From positions 1,952,001-2,016,000 of the forward strand of contig OZ243956.1 in assembly GCA_965214405.1 (NCBI GenBank): a DNA stretch of 64,000 nucleotides, given 5' to 3'. The position numbers and the translations under genes were made by a program. This document shows positions 48,090 through 56,541 of this stretch, in pieces. Numbering within the stretch: the first letter of the stretch is position 1; the number at the start of each line of letters is the position of its first letter. The notes beneath the pieces were generated by a model. It was not told where the DNA came from. It worked only from the letters and a program-made list of their open reading frames with translations, and made no database searches. Source of the stretch: Trueperaceae bacterium. Its GTDB lineage: Bacteria > Deinococcota > Deinococci > Deinococcales > Trueperaceae.

Positions 48090-48836
48090 ATAGACCTCGA
48101 GACGAACGGCGCGCTGGCGACCTTGACCCTGAACCGTCCCGACAAACTCAACGCGCTTACCCTCGAGATGCTCGAGACCCTGGAGGCCCACTGCGCCACC
48201 TTGGAAACCAACCGTGAGGTTCGCGTCGTCCTGCTGGGGGCGGAGGGCAAAGCCTTTTGCGTGGGCGCAGACATTCACGCCTGGACAGCCCTGACACCCC
48301 TGGAAATGTACAGCCGCTGGATCCGGACGGGACACCGGGTGTTCGACCGCTTGGCGGCGCTGCCCCAACCCGTTATTGCGCTGTTGCAGGGTTATACCTT
48401 TGGGGGCGGGCTCGAGCTGGCGCTGGCGGCGGACATTCGCTTAGCAGCGGAGGGTGTAAAACTCGCCATGCCCGAGGTCAAGCTGTCCACCATACCCGGC
48501 TGGGCGGGCACCCGCAGGCTGCCTGAATTAATTGGCCCCGCCAGAGCAAAGCAGATGATTTTTAGTGGCGAGCAGATTTCCGCACATCAAGCCGACGCTT
48601 GGGGGCTTGTAAACGAGGTTGTACCCGCTCGAGACCTGACTAAACGTGGAGGGCAACTGGCAGAGACCATCGCCGCGAATGCGCCTCTGTCCGTTCGTAT
48701 CGCCAAGCAAGTTGTCAATAACGATACGGTCACGCTCGAGGCTTTAGCAGGCGCACTTACCGCCACCACCAACGACGCCAAAGAAGGATTAAACGCCTTC
48801 CGCGAGAAACGCAGTCCAAACTTTAAGGGAGAGTGA
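48087..48836 (+). CDS. enoyl-CoA hydratase/isomerase
   Basis: 'LNRPDKLNAL', 'FCVGADI', 'GGGLELALAAD', 'MPEV', 'FREKRSPNF.G'. Confidence 0.93.
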   Translation: MIDLETNGALATLTLNRPDKLNALTLEMLETLEAHCATLETNREVRVVLLGAEGKAFCVGADIHAWTALTPLEMYSRWIRTGHRVFDRLAALPQPVIALLQGYTFGGGLELALAADIRLAAEGVKLAMPEVKLSTIPGWAGTRRLPELIGPARAKQMIFSGEQISAHQADAWGLVNEVVPARDLTKRGGQLAETIAANAPLSVRIAKQVVNNDTVTLEALAGALTATTNDAKEGLNAFREKRSPNFKGE

Positions 48837-48838
48837 TA

Positions 48839-50323
48839 ATGGTAGCAGACTTGAAAAAACAAACGTTTGACATGCTGATTGATGGGCGGTGGCAGCCTTC
48901 AGCGGCGTCCGAATCCTACACCCGGGAGAGTCCCTCGCACGACGTCTCCGTCGGTGAGTACCCTTTGGGCACAGCGGAAGACGTCGACCACGCGGTCGAG
49001 GCGGCGCGGCGTGCCTTTGACGACGGCCCCTGGCCCCGGATGCGCGGCGCGGAACGGGCCAGATGCCTGACGAAAGTAGCTGAGCTCGTCAGGGAGAACT
49101 CAGAAGACTTAGCCGTCACAGAAGTTTTGGAGAGCGGCAAGCCCATCTCACAAGCGCGTGGCGAGATGGAGGGCGTCGCGGGGCTGTGGGAGTACGCGGC
49201 GACGCTCGCCCGTCACAGTCACGGGGACAGCTACAACAGCCTCGGCGACGACATGCTGGGCTTTGTTTTTAGGGAACCCGTGGGCGTCGTCGGCATGATT
49301 ACCCCCTGGAACTTCCCGCTGCTTATCGTCAGCCAGAAGCTGCCCTTCGCCCTGGCGGTGGGCTGCACGAGCGTCGTCAAACCGAGCGAGCTGACGCCGG
49401 GTACGACGCTCATGCTGGGTAAGTTCATTCAAGAGGCAGGCGTCCCCGAGGGCGTCGTCAACATCGTGACGGGCTACGGTCAGCCCGTGGGGGCGCGGCT
49501 GGCGAGCCACCCCGACGTGGACATGATTTCTTTTACGGGCTCGACGGCGGTGGGCAAAAGGATTGTCGAGGCGTCGGCGGGCAATCTCAAAAAGGTGTCG
49601 CTCGAGCTGGGCGGCAAAAATCCCCAAATTATCTTTGCCGATGCCGACTTAGACGCCGCCCTTGACGCCGCCGTGTTCGGCGTGTACTTCAACATGGGCG
49701 AGTGCTGCAACAGCGGCAGCCGCCTGCTGTTACAGCGCGACATCGCCGAAGACTTCCAAAAAGCTCTGGTGGGGCGCGCCGCCACCGTTCCCGTCGGCGA
49801 CCCGCTGGACGAAGCCACCAAGGTCGGCGCGATCATCAACGAAACGCAGCAGAGCAAAATCACCCGGCTCATCGGCTCAGGACAACAGCAGGGCGCGAAC
49901 CTGGCGCTGGGCGGTAAGCCTATCAAGAGCGAAAAGGGACGCTACATCGAGGCCACGGTGTTTACCGGCGTTGAGCCCGAGATGGACATTGCTAAAGAAG
50001 AGATTTTCGGCCCCGTCCTTTCGGTCCTCACCTTCGACACGGCTGAAGAAGCCGTCCGCATCGCCAACAACACGCTCTACGGGCTGTCCGCAGGTGTGTG
50101 GACTAAAGACATCGACACGGCCTTCAAGCTGACCAAAACGATTCGGGCGGGCACGGTCTGGGTCAACACCTTTATGGACGGCTACCCCGAACTGCCCTTC
50201 GGCGGCTACCGAGAGAGCGGGCTGGGGCGCGAATTGGGCAGGTTCGCCGCCGACGAGTTCAGCGAACTCAAAACCGTGCAGCTCCACTTAGGCGAACGCA
50301 CCAATTGGTGGCACAAGTTATGA
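48839..50323 (+). CDS. aldehyde dehydrogenase (sorbosone/betaine-aldehyde dehydrogenase-like)
   Basis: 'ITPWNFP', 'FTGST', 'LELGGK', 'GECCNSG', 'EEIFGP'. Confidence 0.95.
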   Translation: MVADLKKQTFDMLIDGRWQPSAASESYTRESPSHDVSVGEYPLGTAEDVDHAVEAARRAFDDGPWPRMRGAERARCLTKVAELVRENSEDLAVTEVLESGKPISQARGEMEGVAGLWEYAATLARHSHGDSYNSLGDDMLGFVFREPVGVVGMITPWNFPLLIVSQKLPFALAVGCTSVVKPSELTPGTTLMLGKFIQEAGVPEGVVNIVTGYGQPVGARLASHPDVDMISFTGSTAVGKRIVEASAGNLKKVSLELGGKNPQIIFADADLDAALDAAVFGVYFNMGECCNSGSRLLLQRDIAEDFQKALVGRAATVPVGDPLDEATKVGAIINETQQSKITRLIGSGQQQGANLALGGKPIKSEKGRYIEATVFTGVEPEMDIAKEEIFGPVLSVLTFDTAEEAVRIANNTLYGLSAGVWTKDIDTAFKLTKTIRAGTVWVNTFMDGYPELPFGGYRESGLGRELGRFAADEFSELKTVQLHLGERTNWWHKL

Positions 50324-51444
50324 CGACGCTGCCCAAGCGTTTAGAAGATAAAGGCAACAAAGCGCTGGATTTTGCCGAGGGGCAAGTCAAAACCCTCATC
50401 ACCAAGCATCCCGATTACTTTCCTCTTTTTACCGAAGGAGGCAAGTGGCAGCACGACAAGGAGCCGTGGACGCATTGGTGCGACGGCTTTTTAGCGGGCC
50501 TCATCTGGATGATGGCGCGGCGCACCGGCGACCCCTGGTGGCGCGAGCGGGCGGAGCACTACAGCCTCCTGTTAGAAGAGAGGCAGTTCGACCGGAACGT
50601 TCACGACCTCGGCTTCGTCTTCTGGTCGAGCTGGAAAAAATGGCTCGAGATGACCGAAGATGCAGAAGAAAGAGAACGCATCAACAAGGTCATCGTGCAG
50701 GCGGGCAAGACGATGGGGCTCCGCTACAACGAGAAAGGCAAGTACCTGCGCTCTTTTGTCGCGCCCGAAAGTTGCTTTATCGACATCATGATGAACGTGG
50801 GTATCATCTTTTACGCCGCCCAGCAGAGTGGGGATGAGGCGCTCTACGAGAATGTGCTCGAGCACTGCCTGACCACCAGACGCTATCTGGTGCGGGGCGA
50901 CGGCAGCACCGCCCACGAAGGGATATTCGATTTGGAGACGGGGCAGTTTTTGCGCCAGACCACCCACCAGGGTTGGCGCGATGACTCATCCTGGGCGCGG
51001 GGGCAGAGCTGGGCTCTGTACGGCTTCGGCACCGTGTACACCTATACCGGGGACGAACGCTTTTTGGACACCGCCGAGCGCTGCGCGGACTTCTATATGT
51101 CGCGCACGCCGGAAGGCATCCCCCCCAATGACTGGGAAGAGCCGAACCCCAAAGAAGCCTACGAGTCTTCAGCCGCCGCGATCGCCGCGGGTGGTTTCCG
51201 GCAGCTCGCCAAGCTCACCAAAGACGCCGACAAGGCCGCCCGCTACGAGGCCTACGCGCTCAAAATTTTAGAGCGGCTGTGCAGCCCCGAATTCTTGGCA
51301 ATAGACACACCGGGCTGGGAAGGTATTTTGATGAAAGGCTCGTACCACGAAACCCTGGGCTTGGGCGTTTCCGAGAGTGTCATGTGGGGCGAATACTTCT
51401 TTATCAACAGCCTGGACACGGTTTTGCGCGAACCGAGCGTATAA
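50320..51444 (+). CDS. GH88 unsaturated glucuronyl hydrolase
   Basis: 'HDLGF', 'IDIMMN', 'VRGDGSTAH', 'HQG...SSWARGQSWALYGF', 'SSAAAI', 'WGEYFF'; ATGA overlap with ALDH. Confidence 0.9.
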   Translation: MTTLPKRLEDKGNKALDFAEGQVKTLITKHPDYFPLFTEGGKWQHDKEPWTHWCDGFLAGLIWMMARRTGDPWWRERAEHYSLLLEERQFDRNVHDLGFVFWSSWKKWLEMTEDAEERERINKVIVQAGKTMGLRYNEKGKYLRSFVAPESCFIDIMMNVGIIFYAAQQSGDEALYENVLEHCLTTRRYLVRGDGSTAHEGIFDLETGQFLRQTTHQGWRDDSSWARGQSWALYGFGTVYTYTGDERFLDTAERCADFYMSRTPEGIPPNDWEEPNPKEAYESSAAAIAAGGFRQLAKLTKDADKAARYEAYALKILERLCSPEFLAIDTPGWEGILMKGSYHETLGLGVSESVMWGEYFFINSLDTVLREPSV

Positions 51445-51462
51445 GTTAAACTCAGACCATTC

Positions 51463-51576
51463 ATGAAGGCGCTCTTACCGACCACCGTAGACTTCACGCC
51501 CCCGGAGGTAAGCGGCGTCACCTTCGCCCCTTTTGAGCCCGACCGTCCTTTCCAGTCCCCACCGAAAGCCAAATAA
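51463..51576 (+). pseudogene. possible truncated 5' remnant of a D-2-hydroxyacid dehydrogenase-like gene
   Basis: 37-codon ORF MKALLPTTVDFTPPEVSGVTFAPFEPDRP.. directly after GH88; resemblance is from memory only. Confidence 0.25.
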
Positions 51577-51830
51577 CCCAGAAACTGCGCCACCTGACCC
51601 GTGGGCGGGACACGAGGATAATCTGCTTGCTGGACCTCGGAGCGACCAGCAAGCGCGTGAGCTGCGTTGCCATATGGGGCGTTATAGCGCTTCGGAAGGT
51701 CTTCGGATTTTATAGCGGTGAACAAATTGCTTTTCGTTCAAGGTAACGACTTCAGGTCGAGTAGGCGTGCGCGAACTCAGCGTACGAAGCCTGAAATGAG
51801 AGATATGCTCCCCTTTTTGAATCGAGCCCC

Positions 51831-52100
51831 TTGACAACGCGCTCGGCATCTGTCAGGTTAAGAGGATGTCAACCGTCGCCGCTCAGCTTTGACTGGGTGA
51901 ACGCTAAAAGAAGACGATGAACCACTCGAGTAACCAGCGCGAGTCTTTTGCTCTGGCTCTTACGCTGACTCTTGTGCCGTCGTACGTCTTTTTCGTGGTG
52001 GTTTTTCGGCGCGTTTTTTCGTTGTGCGCCTCTCTGCGTCACCCTCCTACAGTTCAACCTTGACTGCGTGAGACCCCCTCTCACGGTTTGGACGGTGACG
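51831..52100 (+). promoter_or_regulatory. putative attenuator leader of the MFS exporter
   Basis: TTGACA 51831-51836; uORF MSTVAAQL (51866-51892) at the predicted +1; AAAAGAAGACG (51906-51916) complementary to CGTCTTTTT (51985-51993); several T-tracts. Confidence 0.5.
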
Positions 52101-52101
52101 T

Positions 52102-53349
52102 TTGTTTCCCCTCTTGCCCCACCGCTTTTCCCCCTACCAGGTCTATCTGGTCTTCTCAGGCGTGAGCGCGTTTTCCTTTACGCTTTTCGGCCTGCTCTCG
52201 TCGGTTTACCGCTTCGAAACCGCCGGGCTCGGCCCGCTCCAACTCATTTTGGTAGGCACCGTGCTCGAGCTTTCGGTGTTTCTCTTTGAAGTCCCTACCG
52301 GGGTGGTCGCAGACGTTTACGGCCGCCGCCGCAGCGTCATCACCGGAACACTGCTTATCGGTTTGGGCTTCGCGCTCGAGGGGGCGCTGCCTTTTTTCGT
52401 TACCGTCCTCCTAGCTCAGGCCGTCTGGGGCATCGGCAGCACCTTTGAAAGCGGCGCGTTGGAAGCTTGGGTCGCGGACGAAATAGGAGAACAAAGGGTG
52501 GGCGAGGCGTTTTTGCGCGGCGCTCAAGTGGCGCAAGTCTCCGCGTTCGTCGCGGTTCCTGTCGGGACGGCGCTCGGCAGCGTTTACTTGGGGTTTCCCA
52601 TGCGGATGGCGGGCGGGGTCTACTTCCTTCTCGCCCTGTTTCTCGTTTTATACATGCGAGAACGCGCCTTTACACCTGAGCCCGGCGCCGCGCGGCGCCC
52701 TATCAAGACGATGCACGGTACCCTTAACCGAGGGCTTAAGGTGGCGAGGCGTACGCCCTTTATCCTCACCATCTTTTTGATTAGCGCCATTTTGGGCGCA
52801 TCCTCGGAGACGTTCGATAGACTCTGGGAAGCGCACTTTTTGGCGAACGTCGGCTTTCCGGAGCCGTTCACCCCCGTTGTCTGGTTCGGCCTCATCAACG
52901 CCGTGCTCATGCTCGTCACGCTCGCCGTAACGGAGAGCTTGCGGCGGCGCGTCGACACGAACGCCCACGTCGCGGTGGCGCGGGCTCTGCTCGTGATCAA
53001 TCTGTTCTTGACGCTCAGCGTCGTTCTTTTTGGGCTTGCTGGCAACTTCTGGTTGGCGCTCACCTTTTACGGCGCGTCGGTGGTTTTGAGAACGACCCAC
53101 CGTCCCCTTTACCGCGCCTGGTTAAACCAGCGGCTCGAGCGTAAAACCAGGGCCACCGTCTTTAGCCTGAACGCGCAGATGGACGCGCTCGGGCAGATTG
53201 CAGGTGGGCCGCTACTCGGGCTCGCGGCGGCTCTTTACGGTATGCCTTGGGCGCTGGTGCTCTCGGGACTTCTTCTACTCCCGGCGAGCTATCTATACGT
53301 CTCTACTTTACGGCGCGCCACGCTTTCAGAAGAGAAGCCGGTGGGTTAG
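52102..53349 (+). CDS. MFS exporter, TetA(P)/Tet(40)-like
   Basis: 'LGPLQLILVGTVLEL..FLFEVPTGVVADVYGRR.S', 'QAVWGIG.TF.SGA.EAW.ADE', 'SSETFDRLW.AH', 'RATVFS...Q.DALGQIAGGP'. Confidence 0.85.
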   Translation: MFPLLPHRFSPYQVYLVFSGVSAFSFTLFGLLSSVYRFETAGLGPLQLILVGTVLELSVFLFEVPTGVVADVYGRRRSVITGTLLIGLGFALEGALPFFVTVLLAQAVWGIGSTFESGALEAWVADEIGEQRVGEAFLRGAQVAQVSAFVAVPVGTALGSVYLGFPMRMAGGVYFLLALFLVLYMRERAFTPEPGAARRPIKTMHGTLNRGLKVARRTPFILTIFLISAILGASSETFDRLWEAHFLANVGFPEPFTPVVWFGLINAVLMLVTLAVTESLRRRVDTNAHVAVARALLVINLFLTLSVVLFGLAGNFWLALTFYGASVVLRTTHRPLYRAWLNQRLERKTRATVFSLNAQMDALGQIAGGPLLGLAAALYGMPWALVLSGLLLLPASYLYVSTLRRATLSEEKPVG

Positions 53350-53415
53350 GACCCGCGGGAGGGTGAACTGCAACTGACCGAAAAGGGGAAGTGACATGAA
53401 ATGCCGGGTGGGCTG

Positions 53416-54284
53416 TTAAGAGACTGTCGCGCGTGAGTCGCACAGTGAGCGCGCCCCGCTCACGCCGTAGACGAGTCGAGCAACAAGAGCAGTCCCCCTC
53501 TGAAAAAGCGCGGTCCCATCCGTCCCGCCCAAGCGTGCTGCGGCAGGGCGCGCCGGACGAGGGTCGTCACCGCCGACACGACGCTCAAGAAAGCGCCTCC
53601 GAAAAGCACCCCGAACGCGAAAAGGCCCAGCAGCGAACTCGAGGCCAGCGGGCGTCGCCGCGCCCACCGCCACGATGGCTAAGATGACTAAGAGCAAAGC
53701 GAGCGCCCGGCCGCCACGCGTTCCCCCGAGCAAACGGCCCCACAAAAAAGCGGAGAAAAAGGTACTTGCTCCTAAAGCTAACCCAAAGACACCTGCCCTG
53801 CGCCCGCTCCCTGGTCTCGCAGAATCGCCACCACAGAGGTTATGTAGGTGACGTAACCGAGCCCGAACAGAAAACCCACCACGAGCGAGGGGAGTAGAGC
53901 TGCGCCAAAAATCTCTCCCGGACTTCCCGGTGGTTGCTCAGCCGGTTCCGGCAGCGCTCGCGCCGCGCGCCCGCCGGTGAGGGTGGCGGTGAAGGAGAAG
54001 CCGCCGCTGACGAGCCAAGCCAGCGGCCAGGCCGCGGCGCTACGCTCGAGCACCGCTCCAACAAAACGCGCTTCGCCAAGAAAATACTTGTCAAAGGTCA
54101 CGCGCGAGACGCCGGAGCACTCGAAGAGTTTGTTGACGCCCAAATGCGTCCCGTGCCGGTAGAAAAGCTCGGCAGCGGTGCTGAGGAGGCGTTCGCGGCC
54201 GGACGAAGAGGTTTCACTGTCCGTCACAGAACGAGTATAAGCATGGTCTTTCCTACTGTTAGCGTTGCCTTTGGCTGGATTCAC
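53416..54284 (-). pseudogene. decayed TetR-family regulator fragment joined to YbfB/YjiJ-type MFS fragments
   Basis: 'RERLLSTAAELFYRHG...GV....CSGVSRVT..KYF' then 'WPLAWL', 'FLFGLGYVTYIT', stop at 53778 and frame change to 'WGRLL...GGRALA'. Confidence 0.65.
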
Positions 54285-54341
54285 TGCTCCGAGCCTTTCG
54301 CGGCTCCTAAAGGTGTTAATGGCCCGTCAAATGCGCAAGTG

Positions 54342-54373
54342 CAAAGCAGCAAACGCGCGCAACAGCCGCATTG
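54342..54373. repeat. 32-bp palindromic site A (degenerate, CGCG spacer class)
   Basis: CAAAGCAGCAA-ACGCGCGCAA-CAGCCGCATTG, about 66 bp upstream of the recombinase. Confidence 0.45.
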
Positions 54374-54439
54374 CCACTGCCGCCTCTCAAAAGCGTTTTG
54401 GCATCAACCTCCGTGCAGACTACAGCTCGGAGGTTCTTT

Positions 54440-55330
54440 ATGGACGAGCAAAAAATCCTTACGTTGGCAAGCTGTATTTCTGCCTATCTCAAAGCCCGCA
54501 AGCTAGACGGCTATAGCGACAAGACACTCTATTCCTACAAACTGCATCTGAAACGTTTGGCTTCAGGTCTGGGCGATGGCACTCCTGTTGACGCCATCAG
54601 GCTCGAGCACCTGCGCGCCCACCTCGCAAGCCTGACGCACCTACAGACGTCGAGCCTGGCGAACAAAGTCCGCTCCCTCAAAGCCTTCTTCAAGTGGCTC
54701 TACAAAGAGGAAATTCTGGAGCGCAACCCCGCGCTGAAACTCCGAGAACCGCGCCTGCCCGCGAGGATACCGAAAGCACTCTCAGTTGAAGAAGTAGAGC
54801 TATTACGTGACGCTTGTGAGAGCCTGCTGGAGCATGCCCTCATCGAGTTCTTCTTCGCCACCGGCTGCCGCGTCAGCGAGATCCATCAGCTCGACCGCAT
54901 CGACCTCGACTGGGTGCGCCGAAGTGCAGTTGTGCTCGGCAAAGGCAGTAAAGAGCGCGAGGTCTACTTTGGCGCAAAGGCGGCGCTGTGGCTGAAGCGC
55001 TACTTAGACAGCCGCTCCGATAGCTGCCTCGCCCTGTTTGTGACGAAGCGCCGAAGACGACAGAAGGACGGTGCGCTGCAGCATCAGCGCCTAAGCACCT
55101 CGCAGATGCAGCGTACATTCAAGAAGGTAGCGGAGCGCTGCGGCTTGGAGGAGAAGGTGACGCCGCACGTGCTGCGACATACGCTCGCCACGCTATTACT
55201 CAATCAGGGTGCACCTATCGCCGCTGTGCAGTCGATCCTTGGTCATGCCTCGCCGAATACCACGCAGCTCTACGTCAACCTCTCCGGGGAGTCCCGGCAG
55301 ATGCTCTATAGAAGGCACTTTCCGCAGTAG
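54440..55330 (+). CDS. tyrosine recombinase (XerC/XerD-like) with N-terminal SAM-like domain
   Basis: Catalytic R (TGCRVSE), K (GKGSK), HxxR (HVLRH), H (LGH), Y (TTQLY); ATG 54440 with GGAGG. Confidence 0.95.
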   Translation: MDEQKILTLASCISAYLKARKLDGYSDKTLYSYKLHLKRLASGLGDGTPVDAIRLEHLRAHLASLTHLQTSSLANKVRSLKAFFKWLYKEEILERNPALKLREPRLPARIPKALSVEEVELLRDACESLLEHALIEFFFATGCRVSEIHQLDRIDLDWVRRSAVVLGKGSKEREVYFGAKAALWLKRYLDSRSDSCLALFVTKRRRRQKDGALQHQRLSTSQMQRTFKKVAERCGLEEKVTPHVLRHTLATLLLNQGAPIAAVQSILGHASPNTTQLYVNLSGESRQMLYRRHFPQ

Positions 55331-55352
55331 GTACAAGGACCGCTTTTTACGG

Positions 55353-55925
55353 TTAGGGCAGCCGAGTGTCGATGATCCCGGAGTCGTCGAATACGCGCAG
55401 AGAGCTACCCTCAAGTAGCCTGTCCGGGAACACTGCGAGGTTTAGGGTTGCAGGGTTTTTCGCAGAGGGCACGAGCAACGCTTCTACGTCGCCGCGCTCG
55501 AAGCTGACGCGTCCGATCACGTGCGTAACTGGCGTCTGGTTGCGCCGCAGGTCTTCGCGCCAGGGTGCGATAACTTCTTCTACCGTCAAACCTAGCGTTC
55601 GCAAAGCCTTGTCGCGCAACTGGAGTACACGCTGAAGCGTGCATTCGACCGACAACACAATCCTTGGCGGCCCTTTGACACCTTGGAGGTCGCTGTCAGT
55701 TCGTAGCAGCGCTTCGACCTCTTCCAAGGCAGTCACAGGGCTGTCGGCTAGATAGAGGACCTCGAACGCGTCCGCAGGATTGTAGCGTCCACCGAAATGG
55801 TACGACCCGACTGCAGACAGCGCTGTAGCGGCATATTTCGCGTGGATAACGCGGAAGAAGGTTTGTTCTAAAGATGTTGGTTCGAGGGACTGAAGCGCGG
55901 ACGCAAGCTCCGTCGCGTCCGCCAC
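55353..55925 (-). CDS. RES-domain toxin (NAD+-consuming family)
   Basis: 'FFRVI', 'GGRYN', 'LYLA....TALEE', 'LLVPSA...NLAVF'; coupled to antitoxin. Confidence 0.9.
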   Translation of the reverse strand: MADATELASALQSLEPTSLEQTFFRVIHAKYAATALSAVGSYHFGGRYNPADAFEVLYLADSPVTALEEVEALLRTDSDLQGVKGPPRIVLSVECTLQRVLQLRDKALRTLGLTVEEVIAPWREDLRRNQTPVTHVIGRVSFERGDVEALLVPSAKNPATLNLAVFPDRLLEGSSLRVFDDSGIIDTRLP

Positions 55926-56296
55926 TAATCGGGCTGCCCAATCTCAATCGCGTAGACAAGGCTCTCGACGAGGTCCAGGCGGCCTTCCGCCAGGTAGTCT
56001 AGCGGCTTCGCGTTCCCTAATGCCGGATGGGGCGCTTTAAGCCAGACACGGACTAAGCTCATATCTCCGTCAAGAAGCTCGCGTAGCGTCGTAATAAGCT
56101 TGACCAACCGCTCTAGTTGAGGTTGTAGATGGGGCGAAGCAGGATTCTTTCCTAAACCTCTAGGAGTATAGCTCACCACGCCCGCCATTTCCTTTTGAGA
56201 AATAGAGAGAATATCCGCTAATCGCTTAGCGTCGTAGCGCCCCGTGGCGGGGTCATGTGCGCTGAGTAAGGTGTGGTCGAGCAAGCTTGTTGCCAT
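55925..56296 (-). CDS. Xre/MbcA/ParS-type antitoxin (DUF2384-like C-terminus)
   Basis: HTH-like 'LSISQKEMA' and 'VWLKAPHPALGNAKPLDYL'. Confidence 0.88.
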   Translation of the reverse strand: MATSLLDHTLLSAHDPATGRYDAKRLADILSISQKEMAGVVSYTPRGLGKNPASPHLQPQLERLVKLITTLRELLDGDMSLVRVWLKAPHPALGNAKPLDYLAEGRLDLVESLVYAIEIGQPD

Positions 56297-56301
56297 AGCT
56301 C

Positions 56302-56330
56302 AGTATAAACTGTGCGCTTGCATGGGTCAA
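56302..56330 (-). promoter_or_regulatory. promoter of TA module 1 (leaderless)
   Basis: TTGACC-17 bp-TATACT, then only 5 nt before the ATG; no SD. Confidence 0.7.
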
Positions 56331-56375
56331 TGATCGTTCACTATCTGTTCTTCTAGTTGAGTGCATGTAGGCTCC

Positions 56376-56407
56376 TTCTGCGCCAAACGCGCGCGTTCGT
56401 TGCACAA
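56376..56407. repeat. 32-bp palindromic site B (CGCG spacer class)
   Basis: TTCTGCGCCAA-ACGCGCGCGT-TCGTTGCACAA. Confidence 0.8.
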
Positions 56408-56541
56408 AGCGAGGCATTTAACCTCCAGAGCGCCTGCACGAGCGGCGCACCCCAGGCGAGGAGGCGCGCTTTATCTGTGGACGCCAGTGGTTCGCTCTGG
56501 ATCATGTGGGGTCATCTTCTGCCATCTCTCGTTGAGGCTGG

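Noticed and set aside
51252..51725. 157-aa minus-strand ORF
   Set aside because: Overlaps the GH88 3' end in antisense, has no family motif, and the region looks decayed
52102..53349. Calling this a bona fide tetracycline resistance gene tetA(P)
   Set aside because: Family-level resemblance only; substrate cannot be inferred from motifs
54308..54339. Additional GGGCC-class site upstream of site A
   Set aside because: ACGGGCC core is present on the minus strand but only one arm partly fits and the register is off by one
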